Notes: generated from the sequence alone by a model not told the origin. Counted from the stretch's first letter, positions 16,531 to 27,904 are shown. The stretch: DNA of 32,000 nucleotides from Candidatus Saccharimonadota bacterium (GCF_003351905.1 NZ_CP022339.1:960001-992000), one strand, 5' to 3'. Numbers and translations are program-made.

Positions 16531-18519
16531 ATGGAATCATTTGACGTGAAGGAAGAAATCAAACGTTTAGTTGATTTGATTAACTATTACAATGAGTGTT
16601 ATTTTCAAAAAGGGATCTCTGAGATTTCCGACTATGCATATGACCAATTGTTAGAACGGTTGGTGCAATTGGAGGCGGCTTATCCCCATTTCAAGTACCC
16701 TAACTCTCCCACTGAGGTTATTGGAGAACGTCCTTGTTTTTCAGCTGTCTACCACCAAACCCCTATGCTTTCTTTGGCTAAAACCTATTCAGAAAAAGAG
16801 ATAGACCAATTTAGTACAAGGGTGCAAAAAATGGTTCTAAATGCGGCTGTAGATTTTATATGTGAACCTAAAATAGATGGGGTTGCTTTAAGCATCCTGT
16901 ATAAAGCAGGTCAGTTGGTACGTGTAGTGACACGTGGCGATGGGCAAAGAGGAGATGATGTAACCCACCATGTGGGTCAATGTTTGCCCTTGCCCCAAGT
17001 CATTCAAGATGCCCCATGTGCCGAATTTGAGGTGCGTGGAGAAGCTTTTATGTCCAAGGCTGTTTTTAAGGCATTAAATGCCAGACGTCAAGCACAAGGA
17101 GAACCTTTATGGGCTAATCCCCGTAACATTACTGCAGGTACATTAAAAACATTAGATGTAGCTTTGGTTAAAGAGCGTCAATTGGCCTTTCATGGGTATA
17201 GTTTTTATGCCTCCTCTTATGACTGTCTGACGCAAGCAGCAGCCTTAATGCTGTTAGATAGATTGGGTTTTTCCACTACGTTTAAGCTGTGTCATAATGT
17301 GAAGGAGATAATGGCGTACATCCATTATTGGGCGCAACATAAAAAAGAGTTACCCGTTGATGTAGATGGAATAGTGATCAAGGTCAATAACCTCCATCAG
17401 CAACGTCTGATTGGTATGACTGCAAAGTCGCCTCGTTGGGCCATTGCCTATAAATATCAACCAGAGATGGCCCATTCCATTTTAGAAAAAGTAAGCTTTC
17501 AGGTAGGAAGGACTGGTGCAGTAACGCCAGTAGCGCATTTTAGTCCTATTCCATTGGCAGGCACTATGGTCCGTCGTGCTTCTTTGCATAATGCAGCTGA
17601 GATCGCTAGGCAAGATCTATATTTGGGTGACACGATTTTTATTGAAAAAGGAGGCGACATTATTCCCAAGGTAGTAGGTGTGGATAGGGCGCGTCGCAAT
17701 AAAACCAGTCAGCCTATTATTTTTATAGATGTCTGTCCTGCTTGTGGCACATCGTTCCATAGAGCTCCAGGAGCAGTTGTCTACTATTGTCCCAATAAGC
17801 AGCAATGTTTACCTCAATTAAAAGGTGCCTTATTGCATTTTGCCCATCGAAGGGCTATGGATATAGATACATTAGGGCCTAAGACAGTCGATGCATTATT
17901 TGCGGCCAAGTTGGTTCAAACGGCAGCAGACCTCTATACATTGCGCTACGAGACCGTCAACCAGTTAGCAGGATTTCAAGCGCTATCTACACAAAAATTA
18001 CTAGCCAATATTCAGGCGTCAAAGGTCAAACCTTTTGACAACCTATTGTTTGCCTTAGGCATTAAGCATGTAGGGGAGACGGTAGCCAAGCAACTGGCAT
18101 GGCACTTTAGGTCTATGGCCCGTTTGCAACGGGCTACTAAAGCAGAACTCTTACAGCTACCAGATATTGGAGAGAAGATTGTGCAAAGCCTATTGGATTA
18201 TTTTCAGGACCCTTACGAGCAAGCTATGCTTGACCGACTGAAAGTAGCCGGGTTACAGTTTGCCCTACCAGAGGTAGTAGATACCGTTTTGCCATTATCC
18301 TCAAAAAGTTTTATTATTTCAGGTACCTTTCAAAGATATACCAGGGAGGCATTGATTCAATTAATTGAACAAGCAGGAGGCAGGGTCTTGTCTGCTGTTT
18401 CTACTAAGGCCGATTACTTAGTAGCAGGTACCAAAGCTGGGCCGTCAAAGTTGGCCAAGGCCATGCAATGGGCGATTCCCATTTTAGAAGAAGATGAGCT
18501 TATAAAGATGATACAATGA
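16531..18519 (+). CDS. ligA: NAD-dependent DNA ligase
   Basis: Adenylation motif CEPKIDGVALS, Zn-finger cysteines CPACG...YCPN..C, HhH region GIKHVGE, and a C-terminal BRCT (FIISGTF...ADYLVAG). Length 662 aa. Confidence 0.95.
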   Translation: MESFDVKEEIKRLVDLINYYNECYFQKGISEISDYAYDQLLERLVQLEAAYPHFKYPNSPTEVIGERPCFSAVYHQTPMLSLAKTYSEKEIDQFSTRVQKMVLNAAVDFICEPKIDGVALSILYKAGQLVRVVTRGDGQRGDDVTHHVGQCLPLPQVIQDAPCAEFEVRGEAFMSKAVFKALNARRQAQGEPLWANPRNITAGTLKTLDVALVKERQLAFHGYSFYASSYDCLTQAAALMLLDRLGFSTTFKLCHNVKEIMAYIHYWAQHKKELPVDVDGIVIKVNNLHQQRLIGMTAKSPRWAIAYKYQPEMAHSILEKVSFQVGRTGAVTPVAHFSPIPLAGTMVRRASLHNAAEIARQDLYLGDTIFIEKGGDIIPKVVGVDRARRNKTSQPIIFIDVCPACGTSFHRAPGAVVYYCPNKQQCLPQLKGALLHFAHRRAMDIDTLGPKTVDALFAAKLVQTAADLYTLRYETVNQLAGFQALSTQKLLANIQASKVKPFDNLLFALGIKHVGETVAKQLAWHFRSMARLQRATKAELLQLPDIGEKIVQSLLDYFQDPYEQAMLDRLKVAGLQFALPEVVDTVLPLSSKSFIISGTFQRYTREALIQLIEQAGGRVLSAVSTKADYLVAGTKAGPSKLAKAMQWAIPILEEDELIKMIQ

Positions 18520-19067
18520 TGGGTCTATACTTAAGTTTTAAGTTTTTTGTTTTAGGGATTGTTACCCGTTGTCTCGCAAAACATAAGACACTGGTACGCA
18601 GCAATGTAGGGTTGAGCCGGGCCACTACCATAGGGGTACTCTATAGCTATGATAGCCCTGCCAAACATGAAGTCGTGCAACGTTTTATTCGAGATTTAAA
18701 AAACTTGGATAAAAATGTTAGTGTGCTTTGTTATACCACAGGGAAAGACCGTGTGCATCCCAGTAGTCATTTACGTTATGCTTTTAGTCATCATGCCATT
18801 ACTATTTTAGGAAAGGTAAAAGGTGACCGTATCAAAAAGTTTATAGAGACCCCTTTTGACTATTTGTTTCAATTAGATTTGACTACCAATTCGGTATTAG
18901 ATTGTTTGGTAGCCAAACAGCGCGCCAAGTGCCGTGTGGGACATTTTGATCCTATGCGTAAAAATTTATTTGAAGTGATGGTAAAGGTAAGTCGGACCGT
19001 GCCCATCGAAGATACGAAAAGATTAGCCAGTCAGATGTTGCATTATACGGGCTGTATGGAGGGGTAA
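18516..19067 (+). CDS. hypothetical protein, translationally coupled to ligA
   Basis: 183-aa ORF whose ATG overlaps the ligA stop (ATGA, 18516-18519). It has an N-terminal hydrophobic segment and coding-like composition. No motif I can name. Confidence 0.55.
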   Translation: MMGLYLSFKFFVLGIVTRCLAKHKTLVRSNVGLSRATTIGVLYSYDSPAKHEVVQRFIRDLKNLDKNVSVLCYTTGKDRVHPSSHLRYAFSHHAITILGKVKGDRIKKFIETPFDYLFQLDLTTNSVLDCLVAKQRAKCRVGHFDPMRKNLFEVMVKVSRTVPIEDTKRLASQMLHYTGCMEG

Positions 19068-19130
19068 GGCATGGTTAGGTTATCTGGATAAAAGCATCTT
19101 ATCACCCTCTTTTGATCCATTAAAAAGCGT

Positions 19131-19453
19131 GTAACTGTTCTAGCAATAGCGTTAACTTAATGAATATATTTTATTGATTGTCAAATAAAAGAATATATTC
19201 TCGCCATTGGTTCATAATGCATTTTATCCCACTTATATCTTGATAAAAAAATGGACAAAAAATCAGTAACTTGAGCAAGAGATACCTGTCATTTTAATTG
19301 GCGTTTGCTTCCATTGCGTCCATTTAAGGTGTTCATGTCCACCGATAAAAAAACTTGGCGGACATTTGCAACGGCGTATACGCATTAACCATTTCTATCA
19401 CTGTGTTAGAATAGATGTCCCTTAAGTTGACGCCATTGACTGTTCTAGGTTAC
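19131..19453. mobile_element. MITE-like element, copy B
   Basis: Degenerate left end caatagcgttaacttaatg (19144-19162); right end ccttaagttgacgccattg (19420-19438). A 10-bp direct repeat actgttctag flanks both ends (19134-19143 and 19439-19448). The interior matches copies C and D. It ends 45 bp upstream of the next CDS. Confidence 0.75.
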
Positions 19454-19497
19454 TGATATTGAATACTAGGCTATACGTGTGACCTAAACACCTTATT

Positions 19498-20622
19498 ATG
19501 ACTATCTATTTAGATAATGCAGCTACTACCCAATTGGATCCAGAAGTATTGGCTGCTATGATGCCTTATATGGCCCATTTATGTGGCAACCCTTCTTCTG
19601 TGCATCGTTATGGTTGCCATGCAAAAGCAGCCCTTGAAAAATCTAGAAAAACAATAGCCCGCTTATGCGATGTGGCGCCTGCTGAAATCGTCTTTACTTC
19701 TGGTGGTACAGAGGGGAATAATATGCTATTAAGAGGTATGATAGAGGCCATGCAAATTACCCATGTATTGACTTCTCCATTGGAGCATCTTTCCGTTCGG
19801 ATGCCTCTAGAAGCGTTGGCCAAGCAGGGCAAGATTCAATTATCCTATGTGCGGGTTGATCAAACTGGAGACTTTATGTGGGATGAAATAGAGCAATGGC
19901 TCAAGCGCCATCCACGTGCTTTGGTGAGCCTGATGCAGGTCAATCATGAGATTGGTAATATAACAGATATAGCAGCTATGGGGCAGCTTTGCCGAAGCCA
20001 TGGTGCATTTTTGCATTCAGATACGATTCAGGCGGTCTATTGTGGGCTTCTTTCCTGCTTGTCTTCTCACCTTGCTGTGGGCTCTGCCCATAAAATACAT
20101 GGGCCCAAAGGTATTGGATTTGTTTATATTGATACAACTGTATCTGTTGCACCCCTTATTACTGGAGGCAGTCAAGAGTTAACCATGCGTGGAGGCACTG
20201 AAAATGTAGCCCATATTGTTGGCATGGCTAAAGCATTAGAAATTACTGTTCGTGATAGGCAAAAGGTGGTCGCCCATCTGTTAGCCATCAAGCAACATAT
20301 GATCGCTTTACTAAAAACGCATCTGCCCGATATTGTTTTTAATGGCCATAGTGAAAGCTTAACCCAAAGCAGCCCCCACTTGTTAAGTATTTCATTGCCA
20401 AACTGGAGTGAGTCTGATATGCTGGTTTATCATTTAGATATTCATGGTATAGCCGCTTCTACAGGTAGTGCGTGTACCAGTGGCAGTGCGTTGGGTTCGT
20501 CTGTTATAGCTGCTTTACAAAAAGACACCCACCATGCCATACGTTTTTCTTTTAGTAAAAATACGACCCTTGCAGAGGTTGAAAAAACAGTTGCCTTGCT
20601 AGCGCAACGTTGTGCAAAGTAG
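19498..20622 (+). CDS. cysteine desulfurase (class V aminotransferase, NifS/IscS-like)
   Basis: IYLDNAATT, FTSGGTEGNN, the PLP-lysine block SAHKIHGPKGIG, and the active-site loop TGSACTSG. Confidence 0.88.
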   Translation: MTIYLDNAATTQLDPEVLAAMMPYMAHLCGNPSSVHRYGCHAKAALEKSRKTIARLCDVAPAEIVFTSGGTEGNNMLLRGMIEAMQITHVLTSPLEHLSVRMPLEALAKQGKIQLSYVRVDQTGDFMWDEIEQWLKRHPRALVSLMQVNHEIGNITDIAAMGQLCRSHGAFLHSDTIQAVYCGLLSCLSSHLAVGSAHKIHGPKGIGFVYIDTTVSVAPLITGGSQELTMRGGTENVAHIVGMAKALEITVRDRQKVVAHLLAIKQHMIALLKTHLPDIVFNGHSESLTQSSPHLLSISLPNWSESDMLVYHLDIHGIAASTGSACTSGSALGSSVIAALQKDTHHAIRFSFSKNTTLAEVEKTVALLAQRCAK

Positions 20623-20700
20623 ATGTTTACATACCGAATGCATGTTAAGACTAAATGGTATCTGTTCACGATACTGGTTAATGCAGTAAGCTCAGTAATT

Positions 20701-21177
20701 TTAAAGTTCTACATCCTTATAGGGGTCATATTGTACGACCATTACACCAAATTCATGTAGAAAATTTAAGCCCTCTTCACAATCCAGATTTTTATAAGTT
20801 GCGTAAGAATCCTTGTATACAACCTTTTTGATGCCTACACTAAAGATAATGCGGGCACAAGGCAGACAGGGCGAAAGCGTGGTGTACAGTATCCCATCCT
20901 TTACATTGATGTGATGGGTTAATGCATACAGCACCGCATTTTGTTCTGCATGAATGGCTAAAAAACAACTTCCCCTTATATTTCTTGCACAACCCGTTTT
21001 AGGCCATATTTCATCGCAATTATAGGCGCCAGCTGGTGGGCCATTGTATCCTATGGAAATGATGCGGGTCTCTTTTGTTAACACAGCGCCTACTTGTTTT
21101 TTAACACAATGTGAGCGTTGGGCCAATTGCATCGCCAAGGACATAAAAATAGCATCAAATGTAGGTTTTTGCGTCAT
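20701..21177 (-). CDS. deoxycytidylate (dCMP) deaminase, ComEB-type
   Basis: Zinc-binding motifs HAEQNA and PCLPCA. The 158-aa length and VGAVL...GYNGPP block match cytidine/deoxycytidylate deaminases. Confidence 0.88.
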   Translation of the reverse strand: MTQKPTFDAIFMSLAMQLAQRSHCVKKQVGAVLTKETRIISIGYNGPPAGAYNCDEIWPKTGCARNIRGSCFLAIHAEQNAVLYALTHHINVKDGILYTTLSPCLPCARIIFSVGIKKVVYKDSYATYKNLDCEEGLNFLHEFGVMVVQYDPYKDVEL

Positions 21178-21606
21178 TAATATATACTACTATAGTGGTA
21201 TCTGCCTCCCCCCTTGGAATTTAATCAATTTTTTGCATTACTGCTTGATTTTTGTATGCTTTTAATAAAATTATAAAGCAGAAAAGATGCGCTATGGTAT
21301 TGGTATGTTGCTTCCTACTCGCTTAAATCTAACGTATAGTACAGTAACAAATCCAATCCTTTTTTATAAATTTAAGCAACGATTGAGATGCTGTATGGAA
21401 ACATATTGAAGCGGTTAAATACTGTATCAATCAATTAAAGGTATTGAAAATCAGTTGTTGGGTTGGGCATTGGTAGGATGAATCGTAGGCTATATCGTCC
21501 AGTTTTTGCGTTATATTGCTAGTTTTAACAAAATTCTCTATAAATTTACAGTCATCCTAACGAACCAGTGTCCGTGCATAGACACTTTAATTTTTTGATT
21601 TCATAA

Positions 21607-23121
<1,515 letters not shown>

Positions 23122-23458
23122 TATCATTTGGTGGCGTGTAATCTATAACAAGTCTGTAAAAAGATTATAAAATCTATTTTTTTAATTAAATTTACTAGGT
23201 AACATCATACAATCAAGTATGTTATTGAGGTGAAGAGATGGCGTAATGTTTAATATTATCATCCATAGCGGTTCTTTTTTTCATCGGTTAACTTGATCTT
23301 GATCCTAATTATATGTAAATATGTATTTTTAGGTAAATAGAACCTACCTATTGGTATGAATAGGTGGATGGTTATAAGCGGAGGTCTGGATATACTATAT
23401 TAGATATCCCTGTTATATGAATATTTGAATATTAATTAAACGTTAAAATTGTACTGTA

Positions 23459-24103
23459 ATGAATTATAAATTTTTAGCTACATGGGCACTTCTTATCTGT
23501 ATGGGTACTAATGTAAAAGCGGATGGTTCACCTAAGGTTATTGAGCAGCCTCAAGTAGTATCATCTAGTTTAAAGCTTGGGTATGTAGATATGTCTTCTA
23601 TTTTAGACAATCTGACAGAGGCTCAAAAGAATGAATGTGAAATTAAAAGTTTTCAGAAACAGCTGGATAAGCAGATTCAGGAAAAATACGCAGAATTTCA
23701 AAAAGCAGTTGCGACTTTTCAGGAGCAGGTAAATACCCTTACAGAAGCTCAAAAAAAGCAAAAATATACGGAAGTGTACAATTTAGAGGCAGCTGTTCAC
23801 GAGCTTCAGGATCAAAGGCCTGCTAAAATGGCAGAAAAGTGTAAGGTTGTTATGCAACCCCTCTATGACAAAATACAAGCGGTCATTGAGGAAATTAAAA
23901 CGGAACACGCTTATCATTTTGTATTCAGTAAACATACAGATGCTGGACCTGTAGTGCTTGCTGCTGGGAAGGAATATAATCTTACTCCGCTTGTATTGAA
24001 GAAACTTGAGAAAATGGCGCCTAAAGAGGCACAACCGCCTGTAGTAGGTTTGAAAGCGCAACCACCTGCTAAGGTGGCTAAACCATCTGTCAAGAAAAAA
24101 TAA
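23459..24103 (+). CDS. OmpH/Skp-family periplasmic chaperone
   Basis: Signal peptide MNYKFLATWALLICMGTNVKA, then KLGYVDMSSIL and a long Q/K/E-rich helical arm. It has a basic C-terminal tail. Length and layout fit OmpH. Confidence 0.8.
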   Translation: MNYKFLATWALLICMGTNVKADGSPKVIEQPQVVSSSLKLGYVDMSSILDNLTEAQKNECEIKSFQKQLDKQIQEKYAEFQKAVATFQEQVNTLTEAQKKQKYTEVYNLEAAVHELQDQRPAKMAEKCKVVMQPLYDKIQAVIEEIKTEHAYHFVFSKHTDAGPVVLAAGKEYNLTPLVLKKLEKMAPKEAQPPVVGLKAQPPAKVAKPSVKKK

Positions 24104-24210
24104 ATCATCTGATGCTTGCTGGTGTATAGTATAAAAGGGCGTATCCATACTGGTTGCTATGTTTGTAGTGGCCAGTATTTCATTTTAGCATCAATTTTTG
24201 TAGATTCATT

Positions 24211-25101
24211 TTGAGGTTATCTCGTTTGGGCAAGCTTTCTGTTTGTGGCTTATTGTTATTGATGTTTCTTTACTGGGTAGTACGGCGCTGTGGTGCTAAA
24301 AAAAGTATCCAAAAGTTGCAAAAAGAATCTTTTATTGCTTGTGTAGGCAAACAATTTCTATATCCGTCAGATCTTGCATCAATGGATCTTTCCCACATTG
24401 ACGCTGCAGATGCCGATTTTTTTATTAAAAAATATGTCGAGGAATGGGTGTGTAAACAGCTTCTTATTGCCCAAGCAAACGATCCATCTATCCAGCCTGC
24501 TCTGGAAGGCAGGTTAAATGACTATAAGCATGATTTATTGGCCTACCATTTTTTAGAAGCTCTGATTCAACCTGAGTTTAATCTCCATGTATCGTCAGAA
24601 GAAATAGCGGATTATTACCAAAAGCACAAGCAGCGTGATTTTATATTGCATCATGATATCGTAAAGGGTATTTTTTTAGCGATTCCCAAAAAAGCCACTT
24701 GTATCAATGCAATCAAGGCACTGATGTTGTCAGGTAAAGTTGCAGATCGAAAAAAATTACAACTCTATTGCAAACCTTATGCCCATACTACTATCTTAGA
24801 AACCGATACATGGTTTGCTTGGGAAGCTGTTTTATCTAAAATTGGTTATCGTCCTAGTGGAGATGCACCTAGATTATTAAAAACTAATAAATTTATCCAT
24901 GTAGCAGGCCGAAAGCATATCTATTTTTTAAAGATTAATCAGTATAAACTAGCACAAGAAATTGCGCCATTAGAAGCAGTGATAGATCGGATTAAGGCGG
25001 TTATCCTACATAAAAGGAAAGCAGATCTGATAAATAAAATTAAATGTAAACTTTTAGAAGATGCTAAAAAAAATCATACCTGTCTTATCCAAATGCAGTA
25101 A
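24211..25101 (+). CDS. putative SurA/PpiD-like periplasmic chaperone (no clear rotamase motif)
   Basis: N-terminal TM/signal anchor. It sits directly upstream of a parvulin-type PPIase, as in many Bacteroidota. TTG start per the ORF track; the true start is uncertain. Confidence 0.45.
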   Translation: MRLSRLGKLSVCGLLLLMFLYWVVRRCGAKKSIQKLQKESFIACVGKQFLYPSDLASMDLSHIDAADADFFIKKYVEEWVCKQLLIAQANDPSIQPALEGRLNDYKHDLLAYHFLEALIQPEFNLHVSSEEIADYYQKHKQRDFILHHDIVKGIFLAIPKKATCINAIKALMLSGKVADRKKLQLYCKPYAHTTILETDTWFAWEAVLSKIGYRPSGDAPRLLKTNKFIHVAGRKHIYFLKINQYKLAQEIAPLEAVIDRIKAVILHKRKADLINKIKCKLLEDAKKNHTCLIQMQ

Positions 25102-25108
25102 AAGCCTT

Positions 25109-26446
25109 ATGGCTGTTTTTTGCTTACTCGTTTGCATTTGGTCACCTGCAACTAAGGCGGCTGATACATTATTATTAGATAAAGTCATTGCTACTGTGAA
25201 TCAAGAACTGATTTTGCATTCTGATTTAGAAGCAGCATGCAAACAATTGGAGTCGCAAGGGAAGGTAGTGGATGCATCTGTCAAGCTGGGTCTATTGCGA
25301 GAGCTGGTTTTAAACAAGATTTTCTTATCAAAGGCTGCGTTATATGATGTTAAAGCGCCTAAAGCCCATATTCAAACGAAATGTGATGTTGAACTAGCCA
25401 GTTTGATACAGGAAGCAGGGTCTGAAGCAAAGCTTGTCCAGGCTTCCCATCAATCTATAAAGGCTATTAAGAAAGGTCTAAAGGAGCGATGCAAGGCAGA
25501 ATGGTTGGCTTCATGGGTTTATCAGCACCTTACCCAACAGGTTGTGGTTACCCCAGCAGAAGTAGAGGCTTATTTTAATGCGTTGCCTTCCCATAGTCGT
25601 CCTTACTACCCTTCCTCTGTTGAGGTACGTCAATTGGTTGTCTATCCCAAGGTAGATGCAGCAAGACGAGAAGCAGTGAAAAATAAACTTTTGGATTTTA
25701 AGCAGTTGATCTTAACGGGTAAGGCTACCTTTTCTGACTTGGCTAAGGCGCATTCCGATGATCCCTATTCTGCTGCTAAAGGAGGTGAGATTGGCTGGGT
25801 CCCTTTGGGTGTATTGGCACCAGCTTATGAAGTAGCTGCCCTTTCGCTCAAGTGTGGGGAGATAAGTGATCCTATTGCTTCTGAATTTGGGCTCCATCTT
25901 ATAGAACTTATAGCACGTAAAAAAGACCAATACAATACCCGACATATCTTGCAGATGCTGAAGCCAACAGAAGAAGAAATTAAGTTAGCTGAAGTTGAAT
26001 TGCATAAAATTAGATCGAAAATAATTGCGGGCACTTTAACCTTTGAAGCAGCGGTAGCCCAATATTCAGAAGATAAGGAAACAGTGGCACAAGGAGGTCT
26101 GATTACTACCACTCATCAAGGGAGTGGCCTGTTGCCGGGTCTATTAACCCCTGTAGAATCCTTGTATCACGCAGTCTATTTTGTGATTGATGGGCTTGAA
26201 GTAGGTGGAGTAAGCAAGCCCCAGTATATCAAAAACCCCGATAAATATGCTTGGCGGTTGCTTTATCTCAAGCAAAGGGTAGCGCCTCATCCAATGAATC
26301 TTCAGCAGGATTATGAAAAGATTCACCACGATCTACTGCAACAGAAAAAAAAAGAGTCAGTTTATAAATGGTTGCAAACTGCTAAGTCGGAATTTGTGAT
26401 TAGCTTTGCACCAGAATATCAGGAGGTGGAGCAGTTACTTGGATAG
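25109..26446 (+). CDS. SurA-like peptidyl-prolyl cis-trans isomerase (parvulin domains)
   Basis: Signal peptide MAVFCLLVCIWSPATKA, the SurA-N-like block LLDKVIATVNQELILHSDLE, and the rotamase domain FSDLAKAHSDDPYSAAKGGEIGWV...SEFGLHLIEL. ATG 25109 removes the 41-nt overlap that the 25061 start would create. Confidence 0.85.
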   Translation: MAVFCLLVCIWSPATKAADTLLLDKVIATVNQELILHSDLEAACKQLESQGKVVDASVKLGLLRELVLNKIFLSKAALYDVKAPKAHIQTKCDVELASLIQEAGSEAKLVQASHQSIKAIKKGLKERCKAEWLASWVYQHLTQQVVVTPAEVEAYFNALPSHSRPYYPSSVEVRQLVVYPKVDAARREAVKNKLLDFKQLILTGKATFSDLAKAHSDDPYSAAKGGEIGWVPLGVLAPAYEVAALSLKCGEISDPIASEFGLHLIELIARKKDQYNTRHILQMLKPTEEEIKLAEVELHKIRSKIIAGTLTFEAAVAQYSEDKETVAQGGLITTTHQGSGLLPGLLTPVESLYHAVYFVIDGLEVGGVSKPQYIKNPDKYAWRLLYLKQRVAPHPMNLQQDYEKIHHDLLQQKKKESVYKWLQTAKSEFVISFAPEYQEVEQLLG

Positions 26447-26598
26447 CTGATTAAAAGTGTGCTTTAGTATCTTAATTAGATGGATTATTAAGTTATTGTT
26501 AGCATGTTTTGGATTAAGCAATGGGTTAAGTTAACGCTATTAACGGGTGGGTTATTGATTGAGGGATATGTATCAGATAAAATAAAATGAATATCAAT

Positions 26599-27765
26599 AT
26601 GAAAAAATTATTTATAAATTATTTATAAATAATTTATGTTACTCTGCTGTACTCGGGTTAGTTGGATGTAATCATATCAGCAACAGAATGGGCATGGTGC
26701 AGGAAGAGTTTTCTAAAGACCATATTCTTACTAATGCAGCCAGTTCTTGTCCTGTCCAACATCCGACGAACGAAGGAGAACTAGAAGGCAAGATTCTAGG
26801 AAAAGACATAGAGCAGGACTTTATTTCATTTAAAAAAAAATGTGTTAAACTCATTGTTTAAAGAAGAAGAAGTAAAATCTGAGCTCGAACCATGCAATCT
26901 AGCGTTAGAAACGCTTATGAAAAAGGGAAAGAAGGTTATGGAACTATTCCAAAAAGTGCCGGTGAATCAATCAAAAATAGAAGAATGGCCCGCTCTGCTA
27001 AACCTAGGCATGCCTGAGTTATATTATTCTTCTCGAATTGTATCCAACAACATAAGCGAAAGGGAAGCGTATATTTTAGAAGAAGTAAATGGTAAGTATA
27101 AAAACGGAGAAGATCTGAAAACGTTTATAAAAACATGTAAAGATAGCGTAAACAATCGAGTAAGATCCTTAAAAGAAATAGATCTACCAATCGAAGCGTG
27201 TGCCACTTTGAAGAACTTAACGCAAGCTTTAGGTTTAGTGGTAGAAGAAATAATCAAAATGGTAGACCAAGGAGGAGAAGAAGCATTAGCATTAGAACGA
27301 GTATCTCTGCCAAAAGGCGTAAAAGCACTACTAGAGCAGATACCAGGGTGGACACTGTTACTAGATAAGGTAAAAGCTGTATTAATAGTAATAGCAGAAG
27401 CCGTAATAAAACAAATCATGAAAGTGGTTGGGACTATACGTTATGGAAAATCATACATAAGCTATCAAGAAAAATTTGGGGAACCTTATAAAGAAAAGGT
27501 TGCAGAGATAGCATTATACACAAACTATCTATTTACTTCCGTAACAAAGATAACCTTATCGGTAGAAAAAATATGCCCGGAATTAGCAGGCGAAATATAG
27601 ACAAGTAGGGCAGCATTAGACACAATCATAAACAACCAGAAAGGTAAACTTCTCGAGAAGAAGTATCAGCAAGATAAAAATACTATTTTAAAAGCTATTA
27701 AGGAGAGATCGACGTGGCTAGGCCAGGTAGAGTGCGAATTGAAATCAATAAAAAATACCAAGTAA
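26599..27765 (+). pseudogene. disrupted lipoprotein gene (11-bp tandem duplication, A9-tract frameshift, in-frame TAG)
   Basis: ATG at 26599. A tandem duplication aattatttata x2 (26606-26627) creates an early TAA. Removing one copy yields MKKLFINNLCYSAVLGLVGC|NH... (lipobox), open to 26861. The 26842-27600 ORF is in the +1 frame and would be joined by loss of one A from the A9 run (26832-26840). After TAG 27598-27600 the same frame stays open for 54 more codons, to TAA 27763-27765. Confidence 0.6.
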
Positions 27766-27904
27766 TTGTAAGTTTAAGATAGCTATATTAGGTTGGCTGA
27801 TGATCTATGGCCCATCCTGCAAGGAATGTATCTATTTCAGCCATCTGGCAACGCTACATTCCAGCAGGAGCAAAACTGCGCCCTTGTAACACCCGTTGTA
27901 TTAG

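Noticed and set aside
23246-23296. Mini-ORF MFNIIIHSGSFFHRLT as a decayed atpC start
   Set aside because: Its resemblance to AtpC N-termini is only superficial and it is only 16 codons long. I mention it under the atpC finding but do not call it.
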